Assembly: GCA_965226805.1 (NCBI GenBank)
Contig: CBDDDW010000016.1
Span: forward strand, 9,393 to 73,392
Direction: 5' to 3'
From: Dehalococcoidia bacterium
GTDB lineage: Bacteria > Chloroflexota > Dehalococcoidia > Lucifugimonadales > JAGWBF01
Length of the DNA: 64,000 nt
The position numbers and the translations under genes are program-made. A model generated the notes under the pieces. The model ran no database searches, was not told where the DNA came from, and saw only the letters and a list, made by a program, of their open reading frames with translations. Numbering within the stretch: position 1 is the stretch's first letter; the number at the start of each line of letters is the position of its first letter. Positions 34,996 through 44,982 of this stretch are shown here, in pieces.

Positions 34996-35760
34996 GTGCC
35001 AAATCTGCCAACCCATCTGAACCTGGCCCTGAAGGTTGCGGCCGGACTGGCACATCCCACCGTAGACCGATATCTGGGGACGTTCCTACTGGGCTCCACC
35101 TCTCCGGATATCCGAATAATGACCAAGTGGAAGCGCGACCGCACCCATTTCGCCCCCTTAAAGATCGATCGCGTCGGCACTGGAGCGGAAGGCATATTCC
35201 GTGCCTATCCGGCTCTCGCCGACTCCTCAATGATGGGCGCTGAGACGAGCGTTTTCGTCTCAGGATATTTCACCCATCTGGTCGCCGACGAAGCCTGGAT
35301 TCTGGATATCTACCGGCCGCACTTCGACGGGCAGGGTCTGTTCAGCGATAAGGTTCAGGCCAATATATGGGACAGGGCATTGCAGCTCGATATGGACAAG
35401 ACCGCCCGAGAGGAGCTGGGCGACATGGCACAGGTGCGGGAATTCCTGAACGGAGCTGGGTCCGAGGTTGATGTTGGATTTATAAGCAGGGAAACCCTAG
35501 GTGATTGGAGGGAGTGGGTAACCGAGTTCACCACCTGGGAGTTCTCCTGGGATAGGCTGCGCTTTCTAACACGCAGGATGTATGGAGATGATGACGATGC
35601 ACTGCGGAGGGTGGAGGACTTTCTGGAATGTGTTCCAGAGAGCCTGAAGCGTGTCTACGATGAAATCCCGATCGAGAAGATCCAAGCATATCAGGAGCGG
35701 GTAATCGGCGAATCCGTATGCCTTGTAAAGGAGTACCTGGGTGAACCTGAAAGTGATTAG
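34996..35760 (+). CDS. Hypothetical protein, possibly a zinc-dependent phospholipase C-like (PLC/P1-nuclease fold) family member.
   Basis: The N-terminus 'PTHLNLALKVA…FLLGSTSPDI…RTHF' resembles that family. It is embedded between hisG and hisD, overlapping the hisD start by 20 nt. Confidence 0.35.
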   Translation: MPNLPTHLNLALKVAAGLAHPTVDRYLGTFLLGSTSPDIRIMTKWKRDRTHFAPLKIDRVGTGAEGIFRAYPALADSSMMGAETSVFVSGYFTHLVADEAWILDIYRPHFDGQGLFSDKVQANIWDRALQLDMDKTAREELGDMAQVREFLNGAGSEVDVGFISRETLGDWREWVTEFTTWEFSWDRLRFLTRRMYGDDDDALRRVEDFLECVPESLKRVYDEIPIEKIQAYQERVIGESVCLVKEYLGEPESD

Positions 35761-37141
35761 GGGGCTGGACCAAGCCAGGAGAGAGTTGCGCTCGGTGGAC
35801 CCCCTCGACATGGGTTCCCTGCCGCCGGAGATGGCGGACAAAGCCCAGGAGATATTTGGCGAGCCACTCTCGCCGGCAGAATCGGTTCAGCGCATACTCC
35901 AGGATGTACGGCAGAGTGGTGACAGTGCCGTCCGCCACTACACCCGGCTGCTGGATGCCGTGGATTTGGAACATGTCGAAGGCTTCCAGGCTCATGGGAT
36001 CAGCGAGGACAGCATAACCGAGGCACACGGGAGGGTACCCGAACCTCTGGCAAGAGCCCTGGAGCTGGCCGCCGGCCGGATAGAGGAATTCCACCGGGCC
36101 ACCCTCCGCAAGAGCTGGGTCGACCTGGCCTCAGGCCTGGGGGAGATGGTCGTGCCCATTGAGCGGGTCGGGATTTATGCCCCGGGCGGGACTGCGTCGT
36201 ACCCATCAACTGTGCTGATGACTGCCATACCCGCAAGGGTGGCGGGCGTCAGCGAGATTGTCCTGGCTACTCCACCCCGAAATGGCGGCAGCCCCGATCC
36301 CGCTGTTCTGGTGGCGGCGAGGCTGGCTGGAGTAGACTCGGTATTTCCGGTCGGAGGCGTCCAGGCCATCGGTGCGCTTGCCTTCGGCACCGAGACCATT
36401 CCTCGTGTGGACAAGATCTGCGGCCCCGGGAACATTTTCGTCACCCTAGCCAAGAAGCAGGTCTTCGGCCATGTCGACGTTGACGGCCTGTACGGCCCGA
36501 CTGAAACGGTGGTGATAGCGGACGGTACCGCGAATCCTTCCTACTGCGCAGCCGACCTGCTGGCGCAGGCGGAACATGACCCCCTTGCGTCCCCCATCCT
36601 GGTTACAACTTCCCTCGCCCTCGTAGCAGAGGTAGAGGGGGAGATAGAAAGGCAGCTTGTTTCTTTGGACCGCGGTGATCTGGCGGCGGCCTCGCTGAAG
36701 AGACAGGGGAAGGTTGTTCTGCTGGACAGCATTGAGGATGCTATAGATTTGGCGAACACGATCGCGCCGGAGCACCTGTGTCTCATGGTGGAAGACCCGT
36801 GGGCCTGGGCCGGCAAGGTGAAGCACGCCGGGGGATTGTTCCTCGGCCCGTTCTCCCCGGAGGTCATGGGGGATTACGTGGCCGGGCCCAGCCATGTGAT
36901 GCCCACCGGCGGCACGGCTCGGTTCAGTTCCGCATTGAGCGTGCACCACTTCCTTAGGACCATGCCGGTGGTCGGATTGAAGCCTGAGAAATATGGTGAG
37001 CTGGCTGAGGCCGCGGCGATTATCGCCAGGGCCGAAGGCCTGACGGGACACGCCAGCGCCGTTGAGGTCCGGCTCGCCGACCTTGACCAAGCCGTCGGCG
37101 CGGGGTCTTGGCAATCTCGGACCGGTTCTGAGAGCGAGTAG
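35741..37141 (+). CDS. hisD: Histidinol dehydrogenase.
   Basis: '[17 protein letters not shown]', '[11 protein letters not shown]', 'AQAEHD' and 'APEHLCL'. Confidence 0.9.
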   Translation: MNLKVIRGLDQARRELRSVDPLDMGSLPPEMADKAQEIFGEPLSPAESVQRILQDVRQSGDSAVRHYTRLLDAVDLEHVEGFQAHGISEDSITEAHGRVPEPLARALELAAGRIEEFHRATLRKSWVDLASGLGEMVVPIERVGIYAPGGTASYPSTVLMTAIPARVAGVSEIVLATPPRNGGSPDPAVLVAARLAGVDSVFPVGGVQAIGALAFGTETIPRVDKICGPGNIFVTLAKKQVFGHVDVDGLYGPTETVVIADGTANPSYCAADLLAQAEHDPLASPILVTTSLALVAEVEGEIERQLVSLDRGDLAAASLKRQGKVVLLDSIEDAIDLANTIAPEHLCLMVEDPWAWAGKVKHAGGLFLGPFSPEVMGDYVAGPSHVMPTGGTARFSSALSVHHFLRTMPVVGLKPEKYGELAEAAAIIARAEGLTGHASAVEVRLADLDQAVGAGSWQSRTGSESE

Positions 37142-37143
37142 CC

Positions 37144-38238
37144 ATGGTGGACGCAACGAGCCTCCTTCAGCCCCATATCCGCTCCCTTCAGATGTACGAG
37201 GGCGTAGAACCGCTGGAGGTGTTGGCACGGCAAGCGGGAATTCCCGCGCACAAGATCATCAAGCTCAACGGGAACGAAAATCCCCACGGACCTTCGCCCA
37301 GGGTGGCGGAGGCGCTGGGGAGCTTCAGTCTCTACAACACGTACCCCGACCCGGAGCAGCGCCACTTGCGGAGTCTCTTGTCCGAGTACCTGGGCATTGG
37401 CGCCGAGTACATAATAGCCGGCAGCGGCAGCGATGAGATAATAGACCTTATTCTCAGGATGTTCCTAGCACCGGGCGAAAAGATAGTGGACCCCTCTCCT
37501 ACCTTCGGTATGTACGCGGTGTGCGCGCGCATTTGTGGAGGAGAGGTCGTTAGCGTGCCGAGGGACGAGGCCTTCGAGATCGACGTAGAGGCGATTCGGC
37601 AGGCCGTGGACGCCGGTACGAAGGCCATCCTCTTCGCTTCACCCAACAATCCCACTGGCAACATTGCTCCGGAGCCACAGGTGCGGGCGCTCCTTGCGAT
37701 GGGAATCCTGGTGGTGGTCGACGAGACCTACCACGAGTTCTGCGGCCAGACAGTCCTGCCTCTGGTGCCTCAGTACCCCAATCTCATCGTTCTGCGCACC
37801 TTTAGCAAATGGGCGGGTCTCGCGGGTCTGCGCATCGGCCTCGGGGTGATGCACCCGGACATTGCCAGAGTGATGATGGCGGTCAAACCACCGTACAACG
37901 TGAGCCTGGCGGCCGAGTTGGCTCTAGGCGCCTCCCTGGAGGACAAGGGTGGCTTGATGGAGCGGGTGAAGACTATTGTAGCGGAACGGGAGAGGATGTT
38001 CTCTCTGCTGAAGGAGCTGCCCGGCGTCCGGCCATGGCCGTCCCAGGCCAACTTTATCCTATGCCAGTTTGCCGAGGGGAAGGGAAAAGACACTTATGAG
38101 GCTCTTGCCCGGAGGGGGATATTCTTGAGGTACTTCTCCAGCCCGCGCATGAAGGATTTCGTTCGGACAAGCGTCGGACTACCCCACGAGACGGACTCAC
38201 TGGTGGCGGCACTGAAGGAAATAACGAATGAGCAATAA
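37144..38238 (+). CDS. hisC: Histidinol-phosphate aminotransferase.
   Basis: 'KLNGNENPHGPSP', 'YPDP', 'NNPTGN' and 'RTFSKWAGLAGLRIG' (PLP-Lys motif). Confidence 0.9.
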   Translation: MVDATSLLQPHIRSLQMYEGVEPLEVLARQAGIPAHKIIKLNGNENPHGPSPRVAEALGSFSLYNTYPDPEQRHLRSLLSEYLGIGAEYIIAGSGSDEIIDLILRMFLAPGEKIVDPSPTFGMYAVCARICGGEVVSVPRDEAFEIDVEAIRQAVDAGTKAILFASPNNPTGNIAPEPQVRALLAMGILVVVDETYHEFCGQTVLPLVPQYPNLIVLRTFSKWAGLAGLRIGLGVMHPDIARVMMAVKPPYNVSLAAELALGASLEDKGGLMERVKTIVAERERMFSLLKELPGVRPWPSQANFILCQFAEGKGKDTYEALARRGIFLRYFSSPRMKDFVRTSVGLPHETDSLVAALKEITNEQ

Positions 38239-38839
38239 GACGGAACCCAGGCGAAGCAATATCGAGCGCAGGACGGGGGAGACGAGCGTCACCCTGTCTC
38301 TGAATTTGGACGGCGAAGGCAAGCACGAGATCTCGACGGGCAACGGAATGCTGGACCACCTGTTGGCGCAGCTATCGAGGCATGGCCAACTTGACATAAC
38401 GCTAAAAGCCGAGGGAGACCTCTCCACGGGCTGGCACCATCTGGTCGAGGACACGGCCATCACCCTTGGGAAGGCTTTTCGCCAGGCACTGGGTGAGGGA
38501 GTGGGCATCCACCGCATGGGCCATGCGTTTGTCCCCCTGGATGAGACTCTCGCCATGGTGGCTGTGGACCTCAGCGGCAGAAGCTATGCGTCCTTGGACA
38601 TCTCGCTGAGCCAAGAGATGGTCGAGAATCTGCCCGGAGACCTGGTGCGCCACTTCCTGGAGAGCTTCGCTGCAGAATCGCGCATCACGTTGCACGCGAA
38701 GATTTTGAGCGGAGTTGATACCCACCACAAGGCCGAGGCCCTGTTCAAAGCGTTGGCCAAAGCGCTCCGCTTCGCGGTGGAGCTCGATCCCAGGTCTGGT
38801 GGCCAGATTCCCAGTACGAAAGGGACTATCGCGAGCTGA
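38228..38839 (+). CDS. hisB: Imidazoleglycerol-phosphate dehydratase.
   Basis: 'RRTGETSV', 'GNGMLDHLL', 'HHLVEDTAI' and 'DTHHKAEALFKA'. Confidence 0.9.
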   Translation: MSNKTEPRRSNIERRTGETSVTLSLNLDGEGKHEISTGNGMLDHLLAQLSRHGQLDITLKAEGDLSTGWHHLVEDTAITLGKAFRQALGEGVGIHRMGHAFVPLDETLAMVAVDLSGRSYASLDISLSQEMVENLPGDLVRHFLESFAAESRITLHAKILSGVDTHHKAEALFKALAKALRFAVELDPRSGGQIPSTKGTIAS

Positions 38840-38903
38840 ACCAGGGTCGCAGCGAAGGCCGCAAGGGTAGGGAGAACGATCTCTCGATAGAAGGGGAACT
38901 ATT

Positions 38904-38937
38904 CCCTCTCCCTCGATGGGAGAGGTTAGGGTGAGGG
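38904..38937. repeat. Family C short repeat (CCCTCTCCC…GGGAGAGGTTAGGGTGAGGG), overlapping the 3' end of purS.
   Basis: Compare 52929..52964 'cctctccctatgggagaggattgaggtgagggtgag'. Confidence 0.65.
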
Positions 38938-39186
38938 CTCAATCTCCTCTAGCTCGTAGTGGTAATCTTCAATCACCGGATTAGCCAGCAGCTTCTTGCA
39001 CATCTCCGCGACCTGGGCCTCCGCGCCTTTACCGTCTCCTTCGGATACCCGCACTTCCAGGTACTTACCAACTCTCACTGAGTCTGCCGAACCGAAACCC
39101 AGCGCTTTGAGACCTCCCAGGACTGTCTGACCCTGGGGGTCGTTCACCGTAGACTTGAGGGTTATACGTATTTTCGCCAGGAACAT
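38926..39186 (-). CDS. purS: Phosphoribosylformylglycinamidine synthase subunit PurS.
   Basis: 86 aa; 'IRITLKSTVNDPQGQTVLGGLKALGF…VRVGKYLEV'. Confidence 0.85.
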   Translation of the reverse strand: MFLAKIRITLKSTVNDPQGQTVLGGLKALGFGSADSVRVGKYLEVRVSEGDGKGAEAQVAEMCKKLLANPVIEDYHYELEEIEPSP

Positions 39187-39198
39187 CCGCTTCCCCCG

Positions 39199-39948
39199 CT
39201 AGGCACAAGGAGCAAACTCCGGGCCCTGGCCTCGGTGGGCGTCGTAAAAGTCCCTGATCCCCTGTGCGTCCACTCCCTGGAACCGCTGCAGCCATCCCCA
39301 GGAAGTGATGGCGACCTCACCTTCCTCGATCTTTGTATAAGGCCGGAGCAGAACCCAGCTTCGGCGGGCGGGAAGATCTCGGGCCGCCTCTTTCAGCTGA
39401 TCAACTTGCGCAGGGTCCTGGAGGTTATGGCTTATTATGACGTGTCCGTGCTCCATATTGTGAACGACGCGCTCGTCGCGGATATCTTCATCGTAGATGT
39501 TGCAAGGCGCCGGAGACGATGGCGAGCGTTGGGACCAATGTGGCCCCGAGGTTGGGGGTATCGTGTTGTATTCGGTGTAGGTCTGGTCTCCTGGGATATG
39601 ATTGCTCGGTGGGAACTGGATCGGCATCGGGTCTATCCTCTCGCCCACAGCAGCTCCGGTGCCGGCCGAACTTCCGCCGCCGAATAAACCCGGGGTCGTG
39701 ACGGTGAAGCTCCCGATAATTATCACGGCTATCAGACCTGCTACCCCATAGAAACTCCACCGCCTGATCCTCCGCCATGTCCTGGGCCTTATGCCGAGAC
39801 GCCTCCCCCCCGGGCTCGAAGGCCTATCGCCCGCGTAGTGAAGTCTCGACGCCCCTTCGCCCCGCCTGGATCTAGAGGTTCTCGGCCGGCCTCTCCTGCG
39901 ATTTTTGGATTCTGGCAACTCCACTCCCTTCGGCTGCCGCTGGGACAC
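39199..39948 (-). CDS. DUF3105-like membrane-anchored protein.
   Basis: It has a basic N-terminus, one TM segment (FYGVAGLIAVIIIGSF), and a 'HNMEHGHVIISHN' motif. Confidence 0.5.
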   Translation of the reverse strand: MSQRQPKGVELPESKNRRRGRPRTSRSRRGEGASRLHYAGDRPSSPGGRRLGIRPRTWRRIRRWSFYGVAGLIAVIIIGSFTVTTPGLFGGGSSAGTGAAVGERIDPMPIQFPPSNHIPGDQTYTEYNTIPPTSGPHWSQRSPSSPAPCNIYDEDIRDERVVHNMEHGHVIISHNLQDPAQVDQLKEAARDLPARRSWVLLRPYTKIEEGEVAITSWGWLQRFQGVDAQGIRDFYDAHRGQGPEFAPCA

Positions 39949-39962
39949 CTATATTGATTTAT

Positions 39963-40877
39963 CTAAAGCGCGAGCTCCTCGCCGGTCAGCCGGCGATAGG
40001 CTTCCACGTAACGCTGGGACGTCTTCCGCACCACTTCCTCGGGCAGATGGGGAGCGGGGGGTTCACGGTCCCAGCCTTGTGAGTCCAGCCAGTCGCGGAC
40101 GTACTGTTTGTCGAAGTTGGGCAAGGAGCGCCCCGGCTCGTATCCGGCGCCATCCCAGAAGCGGCTGGAGTCGGGCGTAAGAAGCTCATCTATTAGGATG
40201 AGCCTTCCATCCAGCGTGCCGAACTCCATCTTGGTATCCACGAGGATGATGCCTCGCTCTCTAGCATAGTCCCGGGCGAATCCGTACACGGCAAGGCTGG
40301 TCTCCTCCAGTTCGCGAGCCTGCGCTTCACCAACCATGTCCACCACTTGCTGGCGGCTCATCATCTCGTCGTGCCCCTCCTCCGCCTTGGTCGTGGGAGT
40401 GAACATGGCCTCGGGCAGCGCTTCCCCTTCCTTCAGACCCTCTGGCAGCTTTTGGCCCCAGACGGTGCCGTTTTTCCGATACTCTGCCCACGCTGACCCG
40501 GCAAGGTATCCGCGAACGATGCACTCTACGTCTATTCGCCGCGCTCTTTTGACGATCATCGCCTGCCTAGCCAGCTCCGGGGATAGCTGAGTGAGCAGGG
40601 ATGCATCCTTGTGCTGCGTTGTCAACGTTCCCACTAGGTCGGAGTTGTCGGCGAGCCCCAGGAAATGGTTGTCCACTATGGAAGCCGTTTTCCCAAACCA
40701 GAACTCCGATATTCTGGAGAGCACCAACCCCTTATTCGGAATACCATCGGGAAGCACCACGTCGAAGGCGGAGATGCGGTCCGTGGCGACCATCAGCAGC
40801 AGGCCGTCACCCAGGTCGTATGTGTCCCTGACTTTACCTCGGTATAGTATGTCTGGTAGCTGCGTTTCGATGATCAT
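39963..40877 (-). CDS. purC: Phosphoribosylaminoimidazole-succinocarboxamide synthase.
   Basis: 'LYRGKVRDTY', 'ATDRISAFD' and 'ILVDTKMEFG'. Confidence 0.9.
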   Translation of the reverse strand: MIIETQLPDILYRGKVRDTYDLGDGLLLMVATDRISAFDVVLPDGIPNKGLVLSRISEFWFGKTASIVDNHFLGLADNSDLVGTLTTQHKDASLLTQLSPELARQAMIVKRARRIDVECIVRGYLAGSAWAEYRKNGTVWGQKLPEGLKEGEALPEAMFTPTTKAEEGHDEMMSRQQVVDMVGEAQARELEETSLAVYGFARDYARERGIILVDTKMEFGTLDGRLILIDELLTPDSSRFWDGAGYEPGRSLPNFDKQYVRDWLDSQGWDREPPAPHLPEEVVRKTSQRYVEAYRRLTGEELAL

Positions 40878-41007
40878 AGCGAGCCTACTCCCATCAGGAT
40901 ATTCTACCGCGGGTGGTGGTTGCCATCCTTGGACCGGCTGTCAGGGTTCGTCGTTCCTGGGCGCGATGCCCGGCTCTGTAGCTTAAGCGGGGTCCCAGCG
41001 TATTGAT

Positions 41008-42321
41008 TCAATGCATTGTTGGCGCTGGCTGGCCCAGCCCGATGCGGTTGAACGTGGCCGGTACGTTCCTCAGGTAGTACCCATAATCGAACAGCCGCGT
41101 CAGTTCGTCTGCAGGTAAGTACGCCGTCACTCCCTCGTCCAATTTCAACAGCTCACGGAAGTCCGTCTCCTCGTCTACGCTGAGCATAGCGTTCCTCTGG
41201 ACTAGCTCGTAGGCCTTCTCCCTGGAGAGACCCCTCTCTACCAGCTCCAGCAGGACACGCTGGCTGAACACCAGTCCGCGGCTACTCTCCATATTCTTGA
41301 GCATTCGGTCGGGATGCACCTTGAGGCCATTTATTACGTGGGTGAAGAGCCCCAGTATGTAGTCCAGTGCCAGGCAGGAGTCTGGGAATATAATGCGCTC
41401 CGCTGAGGAGTGGCTGATGTCCCTCTCGTGCCACAGGGCCACGTTCTCCAGCGCCGTGACGCCGTGTCCTCTGATTACCCTGGCCAGCCCGCATATCCGC
41501 TCCGAAAGCTCCGGGTTGCGTTTGTGGGGCATGGACGACGACCCCGTCTGCCCCTCGGCGAAAGGCTCTTCCACCTCCCTCACCTCGGTTCTCTGGAGAG
41601 AGCGTATCTCCGTGGCGAATTTCTCCAGAGACGCGGCTATCAGGGATAACGTATTGATGAAATGTGCGTGCCGGTCCCGCTGCACGATCTGGCTCGACAC
41701 GGGGTCCGGTTCCAGCCCCAGCTGCCTACACACAAGGTCTTCCACCTGCTGCGGGACGGTGGCGTGGGTCCCCACCGCTCCAGACACCTTCCCAACGCGG
41801 ATGCCGTCCGAAGCCAGATGAAGCCTTTCCCGTTGCCGGCTCACCTCTTGCCACCATAGGGCGAGCTTTAGCCCAAATGTGATAGGCTCAGCGTGTATGC
41901 CGTGGGTCCGGCCCATCATTGGGGTGTCCCTGTGGGACAACGCCGCGTCCTTCAGGGCCGCACCTAGCTCGTCGATATCCTCGGTAAGCACCTGGCTAGC
42001 TTCCACAAGCTGAAGGCTCAGGGCCGTGTCGATAACGTCGCTGGAGGTGAGGCCAAAGTGAATCCACCTGCCTTCCTCCCCCAGCCTCTCGGTAATCGAG
42101 CGAAGGAAAGCGGTCACGTCGTGGCGGGTGCTCTGGAAGACCTCCTCCATTCGCCGGTGGTCATAGGTAGCGCGGCGCAGCTTCTCCACGTCCTCCAGGG
42201 GAATGACGCCTTCCTCGGCCCATGCCTCGCACACCGCCAACTCTACCTGCATCCACTTGGCGTACTTGTTCTCATCCGACCAGACCAGCTTCATTCGGGG
42301 CCGGGAATAGCGCTCGATCAT
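41008..42321 (-). CDS. purB: Adenylosuccinate lyase.
   Basis: 'LTSSDVIDTA', 'GRTHGIHAEP', 'GQTGSSSMPHKRNP' (fumarate-lyase signature). Confidence 0.9.
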   Translation of the reverse strand: MIERYSRPRMKLVWSDENKYAKWMQVELAVCEAWAEEGVIPLEDVEKLRRATYDHRRMEEVFQSTRHDVTAFLRSITERLGEEGRWIHFGLTSSDVIDTALSLQLVEASQVLTEDIDELGAALKDAALSHRDTPMMGRTHGIHAEPITFGLKLALWWQEVSRQRERLHLASDGIRVGKVSGAVGTHATVPQQVEDLVCRQLGLEPDPVSSQIVQRDRHAHFINTLSLIAASLEKFATEIRSLQRTEVREVEEPFAEGQTGSSSMPHKRNPELSERICGLARVIRGHGVTALENVALWHERDISHSSAERIIFPDSCLALDYILGLFTHVINGLKVHPDRMLKNMESSRGLVFSQRVLLELVERGLSREKAYELVQRNAMLSVDEETDFRELLKLDEGVTAYLPADELTRLFDYGYYLRNVPATFNRIGLGQPAPTMH

Positions 42322-43133
42322 TCCGTACTTCTCGCTTGGTCGGCCTTCATCCCAGCCCGTTGAGTTCGTGCCGTCCAGTATTCCAGGCCCCGGATCACGT
42401 CCCGGAAGTCCTGAAATTCAAGGTGTGTGATCCCGTTTTCACCGCAAAGCTCCAGCAGTGGACCGCGCGCCAGCACGAAGTCTGCGATCGATGCGGGGCA
42501 GGCGTCCGAACGCCCGTCACCAACATAGACAATAGAGTGGCCGCGTTCCCTGTACTTGTTTAGAACGCTGCATTTGCAGTTGCCCCATTCCCGGCAAACA
42601 TCGTAGGGTGAAGCACCCGAACCATCCCATGGATTGGGGTATTCGAAGGCTATCCCATCGGGCGTGAACGTAGTGCTGGCCGTGTACCTGGGCACATCCT
42701 CCAGCCCCTCCCTCTCTAGCAGGGCTTCGACGTAGAAGTCCAGCCCCACGCTGACGATAGCCAGTGGGATACCTCTGACCTGGCAATGCTGCCAGAGTTG
42801 CTGGAAGTGAGGCCGCAGGGTAGCTTTCTCCTTGACCAGGGCCGTCATAGCGTCTCTGCCGGCGCCTGTGTCGTTGAAAGCCGTTTCCTGGTACACCTTG
42901 AAGCTGATCCTCTTTTCTCGGAAGCGCCGCCTCAGCTGGTGCCAGGCGCTCTCTCGGCTGAAGTGCCTCAGCAGCAGCTCGGCCACATTCTCGACCGCGG
43001 TTGTCTCGTCGAAGTCGCACAGGACGGCTGGTGGTCTGTTTGTCCATTGAGCGGTCGGGGCGCTCTCCCGTTCATCGGGCGGGGTAGGTAGTGTGACGCT
43101 ACCGCCCACGTTGTTTTTCTCTGTACTGCTCAT
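42318..43133 (-). CDS. HAD-IB superfamily phosphatase (MtnX/PSP-like).
   Basis: 'VLCDFDETT' is the DxD nucleophile motif and 'VYVGDGRSDACPA' is motif IV. Confidence 0.6.
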   Translation of the reverse strand: MSSTEKNNVGGSVTLPTPPDERESAPTAQWTNRPPAVLCDFDETTAVENVAELLLRHFSRESAWHQLRRRFREKRISFKVYQETAFNDTGAGRDAMTALVKEKATLRPHFQQLWQHCQVRGIPLAIVSVGLDFYVEALLEREGLEDVPRYTASTTFTPDGIAFEYPNPWDGSGASPYDVCREWGNCKCSVLNKYRERGHSIVYVGDGRSDACPASIADFVLARGPLLELCGENGITHLEFQDFRDVIRGLEYWTARTQRAGMKADQARSTE

Positions 43134-43557
43134 AGGACTCTCTTATGCTATCATACTTGAGGCCAAGAATCTCAGCAGCTAGAAACGCCGCGTTTCTGGC
43201 GCCCCAGGACCCGGTGGCTACGCACGCAACAGGAATCCCAGGGGGCATTTGAGCTATAGCCAATAAGGAGTCAAGACCCTTGAGGTCGCTGCTGGCGAGG
43301 GGTACTCCGATCACGGGTATGGTCGTCCAGGAGGCGAGGACGCCGGGAAGCGCGGCCGAACCTCCGGCAGCGGCAATGAATACCTCGATTCCCCGTGTCC
43401 GGGCCCCCAACGCATACTCTCTGACAGCCTCGGGATCTCGATGGGCGGACATAACCCGCATCTCGTAGTCTACTCCCAGCTCTTCCAGAATTTTGACTGT
43501 CTCCTGGCACACCGGCTCATCCGATCGACTTCCCATCACCACGCCTACCTGAGGCAA
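43099..43557 (-). CDS. purE: N5-carboxyaminoimidazole ribonucleotide mutase.
   Basis: 'VGVVMGSRSD', 'MSAHRDP' and 'AAAGGSAALPGVLAS'. Confidence 0.9.
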   Translation of the reverse strand: MPQVGVVMGSRSDEPVCQETVKILEELGVDYEMRVMSAHRDPEAVREYALGARTRGIEVFIAAAGGSAALPGVLASWTTIPVIGVPLASSDLKGLDSLLAIAQMPPGIPVACVATGSWGARNAAFLAAEILGLKYDSIRESYEQYREKQRGR

Positions 43558-43616
43558 TCTCCACGCTCCTTCGACTCGCTACCACGAGTCCGTTTTATGC
43601 CAGAATATCGTAGCCA

Positions 43617-44957
43617 TCAATCCTTCTCTCGGACGGACGCCGAGGTGGCGTCCAGGGCGGAGGTCCGCGACTCCATGGGCGTCGCGCGCATCGCTATATC
43701 TCGCCGGTAATGCGCGTTCTGGAAACTGACCTTCCCGACGTTGTCATAGGCCGTGTTCCTCGCCTGTTCCAGCGTTGCTCCCCGGCCTACTATCGTCAGC
43801 ACACGACCTCCATCGGTGAGGACCTGCGCCCGTTCCCCGCGGTCAGCTTGCCTGGACGCCCCATGGAACACCTCGACGCCGGCATCGACCTCTTCAAGAC
43901 CGGAAATTGGAAGGCCCCGGGCGTACTCCCCAGGGTATCCGCCCGATGCCATGACTATACCCACGCAGGCGCCATCCACCCATGTCGTAGGTGTCACGTC
44001 GATCTCTCCGTTTATGGATGCCAACAACACTTCCATAAGGTCCGTGTCCAGGAGCGGTAGGATTACCTGGGCTTCGGGGTCCCCCAGACGGCAGTTAAAT
44101 TCGAGGACCCTGGGGCCGTCCTCCGTCACCATAAGTCCGGCATACAGTATCCCACGGTAAGGTGTTCCTTCGTGCTGCATCGCCTGGATGGTGGGTACCA
44201 TTATATCCTCTTCGATGCGCTTGGCCAGTTTGGGGGTCCAGAACTCGGGAGGGGAGTAACTTCCCATGCCTCCCGTGTTGGGACCGGCGTCACCGTCAAG
44301 GAGGCGCTTGTAATCGCAAGCGGCAACGATGTGCGACAGGTGCTTCCCGTCCGAGAAGCCGAATACGCTTACCTCCCGGCCCTCCAAGTACTCCTCGATC
44401 ACCACGGTGTCTCCAGCGTCTCCGAAAGCCCGGTCCTCCATACAGCCGTGCAATGCGTTCAGGGCCTCTGCTTTCCCTGCACATACGGCAACGCCCTTAC
44501 CTGCCGCCAGTCCGTCGGCTTTTACCACCACGGGCCCAACATGGGCTGAAAGAAAGTTGCGTGCCTCGGAGTAGGCGTGAAAAACCTTGTACTCTGCGGA
44601 AGGGATGCCGTGGGTCCTCATAAGCTCTTTGGCAAAGGCTTTGCTGGACTCCACTCGTGCGGCCGCCTTGGTAGGTCCGAAGATAGCGAGGCCTCGCTCC
44701 TCGAAGATATCGACGATCCCCTCTGCCAGGTGCGCCTCCGGGCCTACCATGGTGAGACCGATGTCGTGGAGAGCGGCCAGCCGGGCCAGGCCCTCGGGAC
44801 CTCTGGAGTCTTCGACAGACGGCTGGAGGTTCGTCCCTATCGAAGAGGTTCCGGCGTTACCAGGGGTGATGAAAAGCTTGTCCACTCGGGGGCTACCGGC
44901 CAGCTTCCAGGCGACGGCGTGCTCCCTGGCGCCTGAGCCTACCACCAGGACGTTCAT
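43617..44957 (-). CDS. purD: Phosphoribosylamine--glycine ligase.
   Basis: 'MNVLVVGSGAREHAVAWKL' is the canonical N-terminus, so I start at that Met (44957) rather than the ORF-track 45047. An ATP-grasp body follows. Confidence 0.85.
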   Translation of the reverse strand: MNVLVVGSGAREHAVAWKLAGSPRVDKLFITPGNAGTSSIGTNLQPSVEDSRGPEGLARLAALHDIGLTMVGPEAHLAEGIVDIFEERGLAIFGPTKAAARVESSKAFAKELMRTHGIPSAEYKVFHAYSEARNFLSAHVGPVVVKADGLAAGKGVAVCAGKAEALNALHGCMEDRAFGDAGDTVVIEEYLEGREVSVFGFSDGKHLSHIVAACDYKRLLDGDAGPNTGGMGSYSPPEFWTPKLAKRIEEDIMVPTIQAMQHEGTPYRGILYAGLMVTEDGPRVLEFNCRLGDPEAQVILPLLDTDLMEVLLASINGEIDVTPTTWVDGACVGIVMASGGYPGEYARGLPISGLEEVDAGVEVFHGASRQADRGERAQVLTDGGRVLTIVGRGATLEQARNTAYDNVGKVSFQNAHYRRDIAMRATPMESRTSALDATSASVREKD

Positions 44958-44982
44958 GCCTGCCACCACCCGAACTTTGGTG

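Noticed and set aside
36446-37365. 260-aa and 163-aa minus-strand ORFs over hisD/hisC.
   Set aside because: They are antisense shadows of strongly supported his genes.
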